DNA of 64,000 nt, from positions 25,245,424-25,309,423 of the forward strand of contig NC_068998.1 of assembly GCF_001194135.2 (NCBI RefSeq), given 5' to 3'. The DNA is from Octopus bimaculoides (Eukaryota). This document shows positions 24,728 through 39,918 of the stretch, piece after piece. The notes under the pieces were generated by a model, which was given only the letters and a program-made list of their open reading frames with translations, was not told where the DNA came from and did no database searches. Numbering within the stretch: the stretch's first letter is position 1; each line of letters opens with the position of its first letter. The translations under genes were made by a program, and so were the position numbers.

Positions 24728-25542
24728 TGTCGGCAATTTCGGAAGTGACAGATATTTTAGCGGTGCCAGAGCCAAAGATAGCAAGGCAGACACATTCTGC
24801 AAAGCATATCTACCTATCAAACATGCAATCTTGATGCTACTTTATTTTTTTTGGTGAAGTAATTCTCTGGATGATCTAGATTTACCTGTCAAGTAACCAA
24901 TTCCTTTAGCCATTGCTACTGCTACCCCTCCTCCTCCATCACCTCTTCCTCCACCTCATCCTTATCCCCTTCTGCCTCCTACTCCTCCTCTCCTTCTCCT
25001 ACTTCCTTTCTCCTCTTCATCTCCTCCTCCTCTTCTTCCTCCTCCTCCTCCTCCCCCTCCTCCTCCTCCTCCTCCTCCTACTACTACTACTACTACTACT
25101 GTGGCTGTCGCCACCATGTATAGTCTATTTACTGGTAGGTGATGTGTTGTATTCCAGCATTGTCCATTTTTCTCGCTTTTGTTTTACAACAGAATCTCTA
25201 TACAATGCACGAAAAAGTGGTAGGCGCAACTATCTTATTTAAATTGGTTTAATATCTTGTCTTCTAGCCGTTCGACTTCCTTGTTCTGAATAACCTGCCA
25301 CAGTCCCAATCTTATTGCTAATCTTACTCACTAATTATTTCCGTCCATATTATATTCTGTTATTCATGTTTTCACTTAAATCATTTTAGACACAGTCTTG
25401 TCTTTTGTTAGGTTTACTATTTCTGCCCAAGTCCTCTGAATTCCATGTTTGATAGGTAGATATTATGCGATGCAGAATTTGTCTGCCCTGTAATCTTTGG
25501 CTCTGGCACCACTAACATCTATCACTTCCGAAATTGCGGACA
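24728..25542. repeat. Inverted repeat pair (arms about 24728-24829 and 25439-25542) around a CCT/CTA low-complexity tract
   Basis: The left arm GGCAATTTCGGAAGTGACAGAT..GGTGCCAGAGCCAAAGAT..ATCTACCTATCAAACATG matches the reverse complement of the right arm at roughly 80% by eye. Confidence 0.8.
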
Positions 25543-26030
25543 CCATCTTTGCCTATAATATCTCTTATTTGGTTTGACTTATAAAGTAGGATTATATAAC
25601 TAACTTCTACTATTCCTTTGTCCATATTGCTTTAACAGGCCCTGCCCGTGCAACATCTAATTGTAGCTCCTGAAATCTATCACTCGGTGGCCTCCACTTC
25701 CAGGTTCTAGGTCATCTCTAATCTTATTTTACAATACAATTTCATGATAAGGTTATTATTTTAAGATAAAACTGACGGTCTTTTTATCTAGGCACCGTGC
25801 ATATGAGGGGTGACAACCATCACTAAACAGGTCTCTTTTTTCCTTCGGCTAAACATATTTCACCGGTCAGCACCTCGACATTTTATTGTCAAACGATATA
25901 TTCTAATGTATCGTTACCACCAGCATCTTCATTGACATGCCATCACAAGGAGCGGTGCCAGATTCAAAGACGCCTTCTGCAACATGTGAGACCGAATATT
26001 TCTGTAGCCGGTAAATAATTTCATTATTTA

Positions 26031-26400
26031 AGCGGCGAGCTAGCCGAATCATTAAGCACTCCCAGCAAAATGTTTAGATAATTGCGTCCATCTTTACGTT
26101 CTGAGTTCAAGTTCCAACGAGGTCAACTTTGCCTTTCATCTCTTCATGGTCGATAAATTAAGTACGAGTTGAGCACTGGGGTCGAAGTAATCGACTTACC
26201 CCACAAAACAATCGCTGGCCTTGTGCCAAAATATGAAGCCACTATTATTATTATTACTATTAAGTCAGTGAGGTGGCGGAATCGTTAGCACGCTAGGCAA
26301 ACTACTTAGTGGAATTTAGCGCCGGAATCGATGTAATCGACTAGCACCCTTCCACCTAAAACTCCACGTTATAATCCTATAGTATAAATGATTATTGCTT
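26031..26400 (+). mobile_element. Two tandem tRNA-derived SINE copies (second one internally deleted)
   Basis: GCGGCGAGCT..GAATC head, GAGTTCAAGTTCC B-box, ACTGGGGTCGA..TAATCGACT body and ATT tail. A second head starts at about 26262. Confidence 0.8.
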
Positions 26401-29391
26401 TTAAGATTTTTGTTGTTGTCCTTGCTCTTGTTCTTATTTTTGTTCGAGATACGGATCATGAGTAACCATTACAACGTTACATCATTAGGTATGATAATAA
26501 CAATAACGACGTAACTAGTCCTACAGACACGACTCTGTAGGACATTCGGTCTCCTGTCTTCCTTCATCTGTTGAAAGGTTTTGTTTTCATTCGTGGAAGA
26601 TTTCCAAAGAGCTAAAACTACCACTCTCCTTACAAAGTAACCTTTGATAGAGTTGCTGCCCCAGTCACAGACGCCACTGATATGTTCATCGTTAAAACTA
26701 AAGCAAACAGACAAAGCACCGATTGTGATGTATACCATATCAAAGAATATAATGTTTCTTACGACACAAGTAAATCGAGAAATTTCTAATTCAACTTTGT
26801 ACCGATGCTGATGCTGATAGAGATGGCGGCATTCTCATGACTTTTATTTCCTCTGTATCTAATATGCTATTGTGTATTACTTCTAATCCAAAGTTGTCTT
26901 AAATAGTGACTTGATGACATTAGAGATAATCGGTTAGAGAATGACATCAACAGCAGAGCAACAACAATGACTATTACAACCAGACAATATATACTGTAAA
27001 TTTCAAAGTTGATGATAAGCATGCCGCTAACCATTTTTTCAAAGAAGCAGCTATCGACATTTAAGCTTTTACCAAATTCTTCGAAATGTTTTGAATATTG
27101 GCGTATTCTGTGAAGGAGAAGAAATAAATTCTTTAATAGGAGATAAACAGCATCTAAGCCAGCGTATATTAATATAATTATTAGGTGATGCACTGAATGA
27201 CTTACGCGAAAGCAACGTTAACAGGAATTATATCTTAGAAAAAAGAATAGTAAGCTATCTACAGCTAATTTTTGACGACCATAAGTCGAGGTCATTTGCG
27301 ATAATTAAGGTCTTATTGCATACAATTTTTTGCAAGCTTCAGTAAATATCTCATTTTTGTTTGCTGTCAAGGTAGAAGCTGTGGTCTTATTCCCACCTTG
27401 TTGGTGATCAACAAAACATAACCAAACTGGAGCCTTCATGTTAATATCCGAGAGATTTTGACACGGAAACATTTTAACAATGCTTTTATATTCGGTTAGA
27501 GCAATTGTATAATTAACAATAAATAAATAAAATGAAGTATGCAAAACAACTCAATTCGATTAATGGATTGAATTTAGTAAAGTGATAATAAATTGAATTA
27601 CGTTTACGATATCCTTTCACTTAATTGAAATTTCCCTTCCAGTGTCTAAATATAAAACCAATAGTAATTGTTAGCGATTCACGAAGAAAAATGGAGTAAA
27701 TTGCCAAAAAACTACATGAAAATGTTTTGGTGAGTCATTAAGCCAGCTCAAATTTGACTGTGTTCGCACCCGAATCGCATACTGCCCCCATATTCACATT
27801 AAACTCATCAGCATGCACACTTTTCGAAATTACAACTTAATTTCTTGTCACTGGCTACCATTTTCTGCACGAGCCACTCAGTATTAATGCTGGAATTTTG
27901 TATTCTTCTCCTAAGAAGGCAACTGAGTTATTTACACATCTTATTTAATATATCTGCACTTGATATTGTTCATCTAATTTAGTAGGTGCCACTTGACCGA
28001 CTTGAGTCAGTTATTATTCTCCAAACATATTATATATTCTTTATTATGCAAATTTCCGTCAGTAAAACTCTTTGTAACTAGTTTCATTGTTCTTTGTATT
28101 TGGTTGTCAAATGATAAAGTGGGCTGAATCGGTGATGAAATTAATTATATTGAGTATGCTCGTAGCTATTATCTTGCTGGCAAACCATTTTAAAAAATTT
28201 CTCCCACTCATGTAAAACATTTTATGAAAGTTGATGTTAATTATTTTATATTACGTCTCAGTTTCATGACTGACGCTAAGAAGTACTGGTTGGGTTTCGC
28301 TTACTCTCTCCAACAAGACAATTCTAAATAATTGGTGTTTTTCTTTGTACATCGTCCCGCACAAAATGCAACTTGCGTGAACCTATTAACCTGAATTCAA
28401 GACAATGGTCGCCTGGGTTATTTCTCTTACCACATATGTCTGTGTTATATAAAGAATATATATATTAATATATATATGTATGTATATATATATATATAAG
28501 NNNNNNNNNNTATATATATTGTTAGCAGTTAATGTTGCTTTGTGTGGCACTTGCCTCCTACAATAATTCACTGATGAACGTAACAAACGTAGGTAGATAT
28601 GGGTATATTCACTTATACTGCAAAAACAAGATTTGCAAAGTTTAAACTCTCAGTGGCTGCTTGCACTACACTTTGCGTCAGATAACTCTGACTATAGACT
28701 TCTCAGTTTCTGAGATGCTTCATGCCAATCGATTATATTCCATTTCGATGGTAAATAATGTACATATCTGATTAATGCAATAGAATAACAGTCATCACTG
28801 TTAATACCACTGGTTAATTAATTAAATCGATTCTTAGTAAACAATGACTTCTAGTATTAATACGCAGCGTCATTATTAAAAATATTTTTATTTGATAATA
28901 TCTAATATAAATTCGCCGCAGCAACATTCGGGTCTGTAGATGAATAAATATATAACAGTATTAACATTCTTCTTTTGCTAAACTTTTCGACATGACCATC
29001 TTTCCATGTGTGTATTGAAATAATTTTCCGTTTTTAATTTATTATCGTCCTGAATCCACTGGTTTTGGCAGCAATATTATAACGTTAGAATCTTAAAAAT
29101 TAACATTTTCATTAATGGCCGCTTCCCAGCGAATGAATGTTTCTAAAACTTTTCAAGATGACAGCTAATAAAATGTTCGTGATGAGAACAACTGATAATC
29201 TTTTGACATTTGAAAACGACACACTTGCGATTTGACTTTGTACGAAAGGTGTAACGTGCTGTCTAATACGTAGCACGCTTCATTGCACAAGTGAACATAT
29301 ATTTGCGGAGTGAGCCCATCTCAGATTTATGTAGTGAATAATGTACTCTCTCTGGAAGCTGGGGTGCATACATAAAAGTTTGCAATTGGTT

Positions 29392-29626
29392 TCTTATTTC
29401 TTTACTGCCACAAGGGGCTACACACAGAGGGGACAAACTACGACAGACAAAGGGATTAAGTCGATTATATCCACCCCAGTGAGTAACTGGTACTTATTTA
29501 ATCGATCCCGAAAGGATGAAAGGCAAAGTCGACCTCGGCGGAATTTGAACTCGGAACGTAGCGGCAGACGAAGTACCGCTAAGCATTTCGTCCGGCACGC
29601 TAACGTTTCTGCCACCTCGCCGCCTT
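29392..29626 (-). mobile_element. tRNA-derived SINE, well preserved
   Basis: Minus strand reads AAGGCGGCGAGGTGGCAGAAACGTTAGC..GAGTTCAAATTCCGCCGAGGTCGACTTTGCCTTTCATCC..GTGGCAGTAAA. Confidence 0.9.
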
Positions 29627-30671
29627 CGAGTTTGAAATTGGTTTCTGATTGCGTACGGTGGAACTATTTGTAAGCTTGTATCCTGCAAACGGACAAAGAA
29701 ATATGTGGCCAGCACTGTTAGCTCTCGAAACACTGGGTTTCGTGACAAGTTCCCAGGTTTGTCATTCATCTCTATTCTTGCGTTACACTCTTTCATTGGA
29801 ATGCCTTTGTACTAGATAGGTATTTTAGTTAAAAATTTATGCAATGTACGAGAGAAACGGGATACAATCAGGAAGTAAATACGTGTAATGAACATGGATT
29901 GGTAAAGATGTGTGTGATTGGGTGACTCATAATTTTATGCAAATAAAGTGATATAATGTAAAGGGAAATGACAGGATTTCCACGAGATGGAAAAATTACC
30001 AACGGCTACTATTACTATAACTTGTAAGACATCATCTCCACAGTCTGTAACTTCACATCAGTGAAACGTTTCGTAAATTAGATTCTTATCTCAAATTAGC
30101 TTTCAATTTTTGTGGTATAGTTTTAAGATTTTCATTTAGTAAATTTCTTAACGTTGTTATGTAATATGGGCTAAGACATGAAATGTGAGATATGATACGC
30201 ATAAAATGAAAACTTCACAAATGTTGAATAGTTCACCATTTTTCTATGATGTAAAGCTTTATTCAAATGAGCTATCCACTTTTATTTGAGGGTTCTAGAG
30301 ATACGCTCTCCCTTAGAAAACCTCGAGAATTTTCTGGGCGCTTCAATTGCAATGACACGTTAGCAGCTACACAAAGAAGAATAGAATATAAAATCATTTA
30401 CTTTCGTCGAATTTCTCAATTACGAACGAGAGACACATCCTCCTTATTCATGAACAATTAAACGCTCAAATAGCAACGAAAGATTTCGACATGTATTTGC
30501 TCGTCAAATAGAAAATTGTTCTGTAGCATCCACCGCATCCACTGCAGAAAAGTTGTGAGGAATTCTAAAAGCAAAACGCTTCTAAAAAGAATTTTACTAC
30601 TACAGTTGTGCTTCATTGGATACAAATGCTAAATTTATGTGAGCATTTTGTGACATGATCGCACTATATAC

Positions 30672-30712
<41 letters not shown>

Positions 30713-33402
30713 TTACATGCAATATTATATCTATGAAGTATACATTGAGGTGAATTAATTCAAAGAATTGTTTTTCATCCGAATAACTTGAGAACACTTA
30801 TATTCTTTCTGCGATGGTTGCGTGCATACCTTTTGATTCCAATTATTCATCATGGACTTATATTGTGCAGCACACGTCTCTAAAGAACTTGTAGATGCAT
30901 GTGTTCCAAACGTTTTATCTTAGAATCGATTGTGTGCTTTCCAGGGTTGTCGAGTAAAATTTATAAGGTTTAAGACCATTGACCTGAGTTGAATGACTGC
31001 TTGCGTGGAATGTGTACACCATATTCAGTTAGTGAGCAGGCATTACTCTGCCAAAGGTGAATTTATTGACCTCAATATAACTGGAAATGTTCAGTCTTAA
31101 AACCTTCCTAAAATCTTTCAGCCCACGGTTTTCTGAAATCTGTCACATCTTAAACATTTGGCTAAGAAATACTGTAAATGTTTATCGTCCGATTCAGTTA
31201 GAAATGAATAGGAAACTCAAAACATGGTATTGTCGAGCCAAGGAACTAAATCTCGTGATTATAATTACACACTGTAATTGGTACAAGTTAATGAAAGTTA
31301 ATAGGCAATTACTTAGGAATTATAAATAAATTCATTTTAGATGCATTTTGACTGTTCATTTTAGCGAGTTTTGTTTGGAAAACATCTTTTAACATCGATC
31401 GATCTGTTAGTGGTCACTTTTATCGCTTTATATTTATTTTTGTCATACAAACGATGTAGCCTGATTTCACTAAATTACACATAATTTGGTGAAAAAACAC
31501 TGGAAGCCACTTTATAAAGTCGTCACACTATATAGTTTACAAGAAGAGAACGTTGAATGTGTATGTACAATCTCAACATTTAATTATATTTCACTTTGAT
31601 TAACAAATACATTTCATCTTTGTATCTGACATATTAACTGTCTGACATAGGTCGTCTCTTACCGTGCTTTCTATCTATTGATATGTAATACATATTGTCA
31701 TAAGCTTGGCCATCCAACTGTCCATACTCAATGCTACTTTTTTTCTTACTTGTCCTATTTATTTGGTTCAGTCGACCTAATTCACAATTTAAAACTTTTT
31801 CCTGAAATTTAATGAAATTTAAGGCAATTAGTGGGTAGCAAGTTTTGAACTCGGATGCTTTCCTCGTCTGGATCCTATTTATTCGGCCACAGTTTCTGTG
31901 GTGCTATGGTCCACGTTTGTCTTTGTTTGCCGTTACGAATTGCCTTTAAGTATGTCAACGTAGGTTTAAGTTATTGTCATTGAGTTGAGCGCATCTAGGT
32001 AGTCATAACGCTCTATTAAGTCAAAGGCGATTTTATAATCCAAGTAATCCTTGATTATTACTTGGTTATATTCGTAGGTCTTATATGATTAGATTGAAAA
32101 ATTGAAAATGAACTTTTGTGGTGAATTTCTTTCCGAATGCTGTCTGTTAACTGCATTGCGACTTCAGGCTAAATCACTTACTAGTTTCATCTTGTATAAT
32201 TGGAATAATTAACTGATTGTTTTGTGAATTTCCTTGTCTTTGAAATTTCACTTTTTATGTAGTAGTATAATATTAACTTCGTTTCATAAACCAGAGATAT
32301 TCTCATTTCCTTCGCTCCTATTAAAGTGTTTTGACATCATCTGTATTACAAATATTCCAACGCCTTTTCTTAATCCATTTGCGAAGTCATCACTTTCTGA
32401 AACTTTACTTTATTTATCTTCAACATTATTTCTGTTTCTTATTCGGGATTGGGTGACTATAACTCTTAATTCATTCATATTTCATGTACAATTTCATCGT
32501 TCAATGTCAAGCTGTATAACTGCAGATAAATATCTAAGCATATCTTTAGCATTTCAATTCTATCATGAATTGTGTTAAGTCCCCTTTACGAATATCATAC
32601 ATTCGATTCTCATCTCAATTTCAATTTGGCCTCTCGAGAAACTTTAGTGTAATAGTTTTTGTGTTGGTAACGAGTCTTTCCAGCTTTATCTCCTCAGTTT
32701 CTTGTTTTATGTCTTCCGATTATTTTAGTTTCTCTTGAATACATTTCACATCCTTATTTTTCAGCAGTTCTTTTTTCTTCATGCAGCACATCTAGGACTA
32801 ATCTATTTTTCCATTTCTTGTCGTCAGTAACAACTCCCCTAACGCTGACGCTGCAGTGACTTATAATTCTGAGCTTAGGTTTTATTAATCTATTTTTTCT
32901 CACTTTTTATATTCCTGCTCTCAGTCAGTTTCTCTATATGTCTGTTTCAGCTTCTCTCTCTCTCACTCTCTCTCTCTCTCTCTCTCTCTCATTCTCTCTC
33001 TCATTCTCTCTCTCTCTCTCTCTCTCTCCCTTTATCTCTCTATCTACGTTTATATATGCGTGTGTGTATGTGTATAAATATATATATATATATATATATA
33101 TANNNNNNNNNNNNNNNNNNNNNNNNNNNNNNNNNNNNNNNNNNNNNNNNNNNNNNNNNNNNNNNNNNNNNNNNNNNNNNNNNNNNNNNNNNNNNNNNNN
33201 NNNNNNNNNNNNNNNNNNNNNNNNNNNNNNNNNNNNNNNNNNNNNNNNNNNNNNNNNNNNNNNNNNNNNNNNNNNNNNNNNNNNNNNNNNNNNNNNNNNN
33301 NNNNNNNNNNNNNNNNNNNNNNNNNNNNNNNNNNNNNNNNNNNNNNNNNNNNNNNNNNNNNNNNNNNNNNNNNNNNNNNNNNNNNNNNNNNNNNNNNNNN
33401 NN

Positions 33403-33503
<101 letters not shown>

Positions 33504-34420
33504 GTTTAGTACTCCAAATTTATTGGATAATTTGATTTGGAGATCTCCAAAAATTTTGTGCTTAATCATTTTTTTTTTCCTTTTCATTATTTCTAATCTT
33601 GGGTATTACTAATGTTCTGTTTATTTTCATTTTTGCACTAACAATTCTATAGTCGCTTGGTGTGTTTACTCTCTTGATTACGCTTCAGTGCTTGTATATT
33701 ATTAATTTGGAGAAAATTAATCTGATTTCTGGTACGTCTTTTTCAACTTTTCATGTCCAGAAACAACTTTTTTTTATTTCTCTAAAGGAGTCTTTTGAAT
33801 CGTTGCCTAGTCTTTAATAGCTAAAGCTATTAAGCAATTTGCTAATTAGTCAATTTTCTCTAGACCTTAATTAATCCCAAGGCAATTTTCTTTCTTTACA
33901 TATGTCTCCCACACCTTCACATTAATATCTCCTCTTTATGTTTGAATTTAGTATGGCCTATTGATTTAATTTCCTCTTTCACTACCTTTTCTGCATTTTC
34001 AGTTTTACAATCAGCTGTGGTTGCCTACGCCTATAACTTTTTATGATCTTTCTCCTTCAAAGTAGAAGAATCAGACCGATGATTTTATACGAATACAATC
34101 GCAAGTTTTACAAGATATATTTTCTCTCTTCCCCTTACTCACTTTGCTTATTTGCTCACTTCTATTTCTCTTACATTTTCATACCCAGTATTTCCCATGT
34201 ACTTTTGTTATATCTTCACACTACTCCAACATTATGAAAGTTCAATGAAGTGTTGTTTCTAGTAGTTAACATAAGTTACACTTGTTCAAAATGCTTGGAT
34301 TATAGGTGCATGTGTTAATGGTATAACCAAGTTAACTTACATAATTAACATGACTTTTTTAGAATCAAGTCATTAAATTTTCCTCTCTAGATCCCTGCCC
34401 CGTTTTTTGTTTTTTGTTTT

Positions 34421-34803
34421 TTACTTGTTTCAGTCACTTGACTGCGGCCATGCTGCGACACCCCCTCCAAAGGATTTAGTCGAACAAGTCTACTCTAGGA
34501 CATATTTTGTTAATGACTAGTACTTATTCTATCGGTCAATTTCGAAGAATCGTTAAGTTACAGGGACGTAAACACATCAACACCGGTTGTGTGGGACAAG
34601 CATAGACAATAAAACACACTCGCGTACACACACATATACGCTGGTCTTCTTTTAGCTTCCGTCTAACAAATCCACTCACAAGGTTTTGGTCGGCCCGCAG
34701 CTTTAGTAGAAGAAGACAGTTGCCTGAGGTGCCACGCACTGCGACTGAATCCGAAACTATGTAGTTGGGAGCAAGCTTATAGCAACAAAACCACGCCTGC
34801 ATC
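34421..34803 (-). mobile_element. Second SINE family, full-length copy with an internal GT tract
   Basis: tRNA-like head, GTGGATTTG..GGAAGCT, internal (GT)n, and the 3' end CAGCATGGCCGCAGTCAAGTGACTGAAACAAGTAA shared with 47936-48250. Confidence 0.85.
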
Positions 34804-35450
34804 TAATCAAATGTTTCCGATCATTTGATTATGATAGCTGGTCCTTACTACATATGTCCAAAGTTAAAAAAGCTATTGAAGTTTATGGTCTGACAAATAA
34901 ATCAAGGCTTCCACGCTAATATTTTTAACAACATGTTTTGTCACTGAAGTGTACCTACAGTTATACAGATTGACATTAAACTATGAAACAGTGCATGAAA
35001 TATGTACATGAGACTGATAAAATGTTATTCTCAATTCCACACTGCACTAGCCGTTAATTTTCAAGTTATCCGCTGACGTTGGAAAGTCAAATGATCATAT
35101 GTACATTATAGGTTGGGATCTTTACTATCACATTTCACTTATATAATAATACACTTTAATACATTACGCTTTAAAATAATATTGTTAATTGGAACAAAAT
35201 ACTTGAGGTTACTGTCAGTAAAGGTTTACCTTTATTCTTCTCAATATCAAGTAGAAGAATAAATGGTTGTTTTAAAAAATATTCCATTTTCTTTCATATT
35301 TTTATAAACTATGTTGACACAAAGGATTTCCTGAAGTAAATCCAGTGGCATATACCACCTTATTGTTGACAACATTAGGTAGCCGAATACTGTGAACGGT
35401 CTTTAAACGGCATACTACAAGGTGGATACTTGAATATAGAATTGCGCGCG

Positions 35451-35510
<60 letters not shown>

Positions 35511-36156
35511 AATATATACATACACACACACACTTATATTATTAGTGGCGGAAAAAGTATTATTACCAGAAATTAAGTTATATTTCCAGCTTAAAATTGA
35601 TCTCCTGTTAGAAAATATAAAACTGTGTTATACGCCTTGAGAGATCCTTTCATATAGGCGCATAAACTATTTGTCGTGGAGGCCGAAACTCCTGTACCAA
35701 GAGATTTTATTCTTTTCGAAGTCAGTTGTGGGAGACGTCCGGTTATTATATGTCAGTCAAAGCTCGCTGTAACAATATATAAAATGTCAGCATCTTGCTG
35801 GATATGAAGTAGGGGAAACAACTAGCCTGGTAGTAGATGAGCACCGATTTGTCCTGCGCAGTAGAACCAACAGCTATAAGGTTCACGGACAAAACGTATC
35901 TAGGTATTAGACAAAGTTTGAGAAGACTAATTGCTATTGAAGAAGGCTACGTTCAATAATGCAGGTGAAAGTGAAACATCTTCCTTTTGTTGTAATCAAT
36001 CTTTGATATACGCATATACATTGACAAACACTCACACATGAATTGTCACACAGACGCGCTCACACACACACATATGTCTTATTCAAAAAAGCAGGACGGA
36101 CAAGACTGATGTAGATGTAACCAAACTGTAAATGCGTTTATCTATCTTTATATATG

Positions 36157-36224
<68 letters not shown>

Positions 36225-36653
36225 TATACATGCATATATACATACATATACAAACGTACGCTTACACACAGTAAAGGTTTTTATATACACGCACACAAAG
36301 GCATAATATATATTACGTAATATATGTGTACATGCCTGTGTGTATATGTGTGTATATGCGTGATGTGTACGTACGCATATGTATACGATTAAACACACAC
36401 ATTCAAACGCCCTTGTATATATCATCTTACTTTTTCTTACACATACAAGTTTTCCAGAACCAGTGTTGCTTAGTTAAGTAGAAAGTAATTCAATTAGTAT
36501 TGTATACCTTAGGATCGAAGGAAGTACACGAAGCGGCTATTGTATACGGATTATTAGCTTTTAAATTAGTTACTTATACTAGGAAGTGGCGCATTTTAAG
36601 TAATGGGACAGTGGAAACAGTTCAAAGACGTTTTAAATCAGGAGAAGGGCATA

Positions 36654-36688
<35 letters not shown>

Positions 36689-36958
36689 NNNNNNNNNNNN
36701 NNNNNNNNNNNNNNNNNNNNNNNNNNNNNNNNNNNNNNNNNNNNNNNNNNNNNNNNNNNNNNNNNNNNNNNNNNNNNNNNNNNNNNNNNNNNNNNNNNNN
36801 NNNNNNNNNNNNNNNNNNNNNNNNNNNNNNNNNNNNNNNNNNNNNNNNNNNNNNNNNNNNNNNNNNNNNNNNNNNNNNNNNNNNNNNNNNNNNNNNNNNN
36901 NNNNNNNNNNNNNNNNNNNNNNNNNNNNNNNNNNNNNNNNNNNNNNNNNNNNNNNNNN

Positions 36959-36994
<36 letters not shown>

Positions 36995-38233
36995 AAATAT
37001 ATGAAAATAATTGACACAACAAAATCAACACATAACAGCAATTAATGAGTCGTGGAAGCTCGGAACAAAATAGAAACAGCATAGCAAACAACGAAAAACC
37101 AATATATAAATTTCATAGCGAACAATATGGTCAATAATTGCTTTATAGCCCGGTCAGTTTGCTCTTGATTTAGGAAGTTAGAGGCTGATAATGTTTCAAG
37201 TGATTAAGGTGTAATAGTATAAGGTTGTTACAATCAAATATATCAATATCTGCGTACTGGATGTGTGCACACGCTGAGGCAAACCTACCTTGATATTTTC
37301 AGAAGAGATAAAGTAAACATTTGTAGCTGTATTATATGCATCTAAACGTACGCACGAGCACACACACACACGCACACACACAGAGACACACGCGCACACA
37401 AACACACACACGAGCATGCACGCATACGTACACACACGCAAACACACACACGTATGTGTGTGAGTTTGTGCATGCGTACATGTGTGTGTGTGTGTGTGTT
37501 TGTGTTTGCAGGTGTATTGCTTATGTATATCTGTCTTGTCGGGATCAATAATGCTCTACAATAACTGAATTGATATTTGCAATAGAGACCGATCCCAATC
37601 TGCTTATTGTATCTGTTTTGTGTGAAACTACAAGTTCAAGTTAGCCATTAACTCCGCGATTGCACTGATTTCACCTCATGAAATGCATAAATATTTATTA
37701 TAAAATTACGTAGAAATTTTTGCGTAGATTGAAACAGAAACAGATATACATTCATTTGGACGTTTATTGATAGAAGTTTCGAAATGGATGTGTGCGTATG
37801 TGCGCCTCAGCGTTCATTTGTATTAGTAAATGTGGGCTCATATTTAAAAAGGCCGACCGCTAAACAGAAACGCCCTATTTCGATTATCCTGCTGTTTCTG
37901 CTTGAGAATTAAATCTATGTTACATATGCGTATGGAATATTCAGCCACATATATGTTAATTCAATGGACAATCACTCAGAATGATAGAAAAACTAAATAA
38001 TCATTGTCAGTGAGTGCATATTTTTACAGCCATTATATACACACTATGAACTACCGAAACATTTATTGCTTTGTAATTATCAGTGTTAAGTTAAGCTTTC
38101 TTGAAGTAAAGTTCTAATTTTAAATCACTCTACCGAGTTATTAGTGTAATTATCGAGCATATAAAAAAAAACTAGACCCACAGTATAGTCTCATTAGATG
38201 CAACATTAAGCTACGGAGATGGACACACGCACT

Positions 38234-38267
<34 letters not shown>

Positions 38268-38411
38268 CATATAAATATATATGTATGTGTGTGTGTGTAT
38301 GTATGCGTGCGTGCGTGCGTGCGTGCGTGTCCGCTTGCTCTGTATTAACTAACGTTTTGAAATTAGCATTAGCTTTCGTAACTTATTTTACTTAACACCT
38401 AATATATAGTG

Positions 38412-38625
38412 AAGACGGTCAGGTACCAGAATCGTTAGCAAATCGGGCAAAGTGCTTACCGGCATTTCGTCCATCTTTACGCCCTGAGTTCAAATTCTCC
38501 CGGTGTCGGCTTTATCTTTCCAGATCGATACAATTAAATACCAGTTGAGACCTTGGATCTATGTAATTGAATTAACTTATTCCTTTCCTCGAAATTGCTG
38601 GCCTTGAATCAGAAATTCGAAACCA
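38412..38625 (+). mobile_element. tRNA-derived SINE (same family as 29392)
   Basis: CAGAATCGTTAGC..GGCATTTCGTCC..GAGTTCAAATTC. Confidence 0.75.
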
Positions 38626-39918
38626 TTATATCATATGGATTTATAGTCAGTAATGTTTGATGTTTGGCATGTTGAATTTACTCCCGTACTTAGAGTGGTA
38701 CTTACTTTTATCAAACATGGAAAGAGAAGCCATGAAGCCGAGTTCCGAATACGGATTTGTTCAAGGAACAAAACATATTTAAAGACTATACAACTCATTT
38801 TATACGCCTCTATAAAGAAATATGGACAATTTGACATCTTCGCATTTACATTTATTTTTAATAATCCCCTAATTACCGGGTTGGAAAATGTGATGAAATT
38901 AAGTATGATTATAAGCATTGATTCCATGGAAATGCATTATGATGAGTTCTTGATCAACATAGGCTGTATCAATATATAACATAAAATATGTATATGAATT
39001 TTACATGTAGAATGCTCTACAAAGGTTCTAAGTTTTGAATTTCATATTTCATACCGTAAGACTCAACCTAACATATTTCGTGTTTATTCAGTAACTTTTA
39101 GATCATGATCTCCGAAAACTCAGTCGCAGCTCGTTAAACCAAATATATTTGCCACAGGTATTTTATTATTATTCAAACATCGGTCGAATCAATTGATCTC
39201 GGGTTCCGTGAAGCTGTTCGAATATCTTGTATTCGACAAGGAGTTTAAATATTGTTCAATTAAACAACTTGTCAAACAGCTTATTTGATGTGGATCAACT
39301 AAAGATCATTGACATAAATACATATTCAATGCAATTATTGAGATATGTCTGCGTATATTGGAAAGAATACCAATTTTCAACATTCTGTTTAGCATAGCAT
39401 TGCAATGAATCATTTAGTTTTATCCTTCACTATAAATTAGATGAGATCGTGGATTATTATCACATCATTACATATCACTTACTTTATAATACTGAATTTA
39501 ATTTATGTTAGTTTATTCACATTATAACCACCAAGCAATATAATTGTATCTTAGACTTGAAGTAGACTAAGAATGTAGATTCAACGCAATGTAATAACTG
39601 AGGTTATTCGCTACGTAACATTGCTGAATTTGACTGGAAACTATGCTTACCATATTGAACTGAAGGATGAATAGCTCTCATCAAAAATGTTTCTCTACCA
39701 TGTCGAAAATAAAAATTAAAAAAAGCAAAAGTCAAATGATTAAACCGCAGCCGTGTAAGATACGTATAGCAATCAATATAGTCAAACGTAACAGAAGAGA
39801 TATTTGATTTTGTGATGTTTAAGCATACGTATAAGTTAGAATAACTGTGTGATTAATGTGAACGTTTTAGATGTAGTGCAATGAATAGACATGTCCTGGC
39901 TAGGTTTTATTATTCCAG

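Noticed and set aside
26469-26738. ORF faintly resembling an L1 ORF2 C-terminus (VVLALWKS)
   Set aside because: Only one weak motif, which is not enough support.
28568-28595. CTGATGA-ACGT-AACAA-ACGT
   Set aside because: The stem is not followed by GAAA, so it is a chance hairpin.
38706-38809. Minus-strand 104-nt segment with acceptor TTTCTTTATAG and donor AAA|GTAAGT
   Set aside because: The peptide is unrecognisable, there are no supporting neighbouring exons, and such sites arise often by chance in AT-rich DNA.
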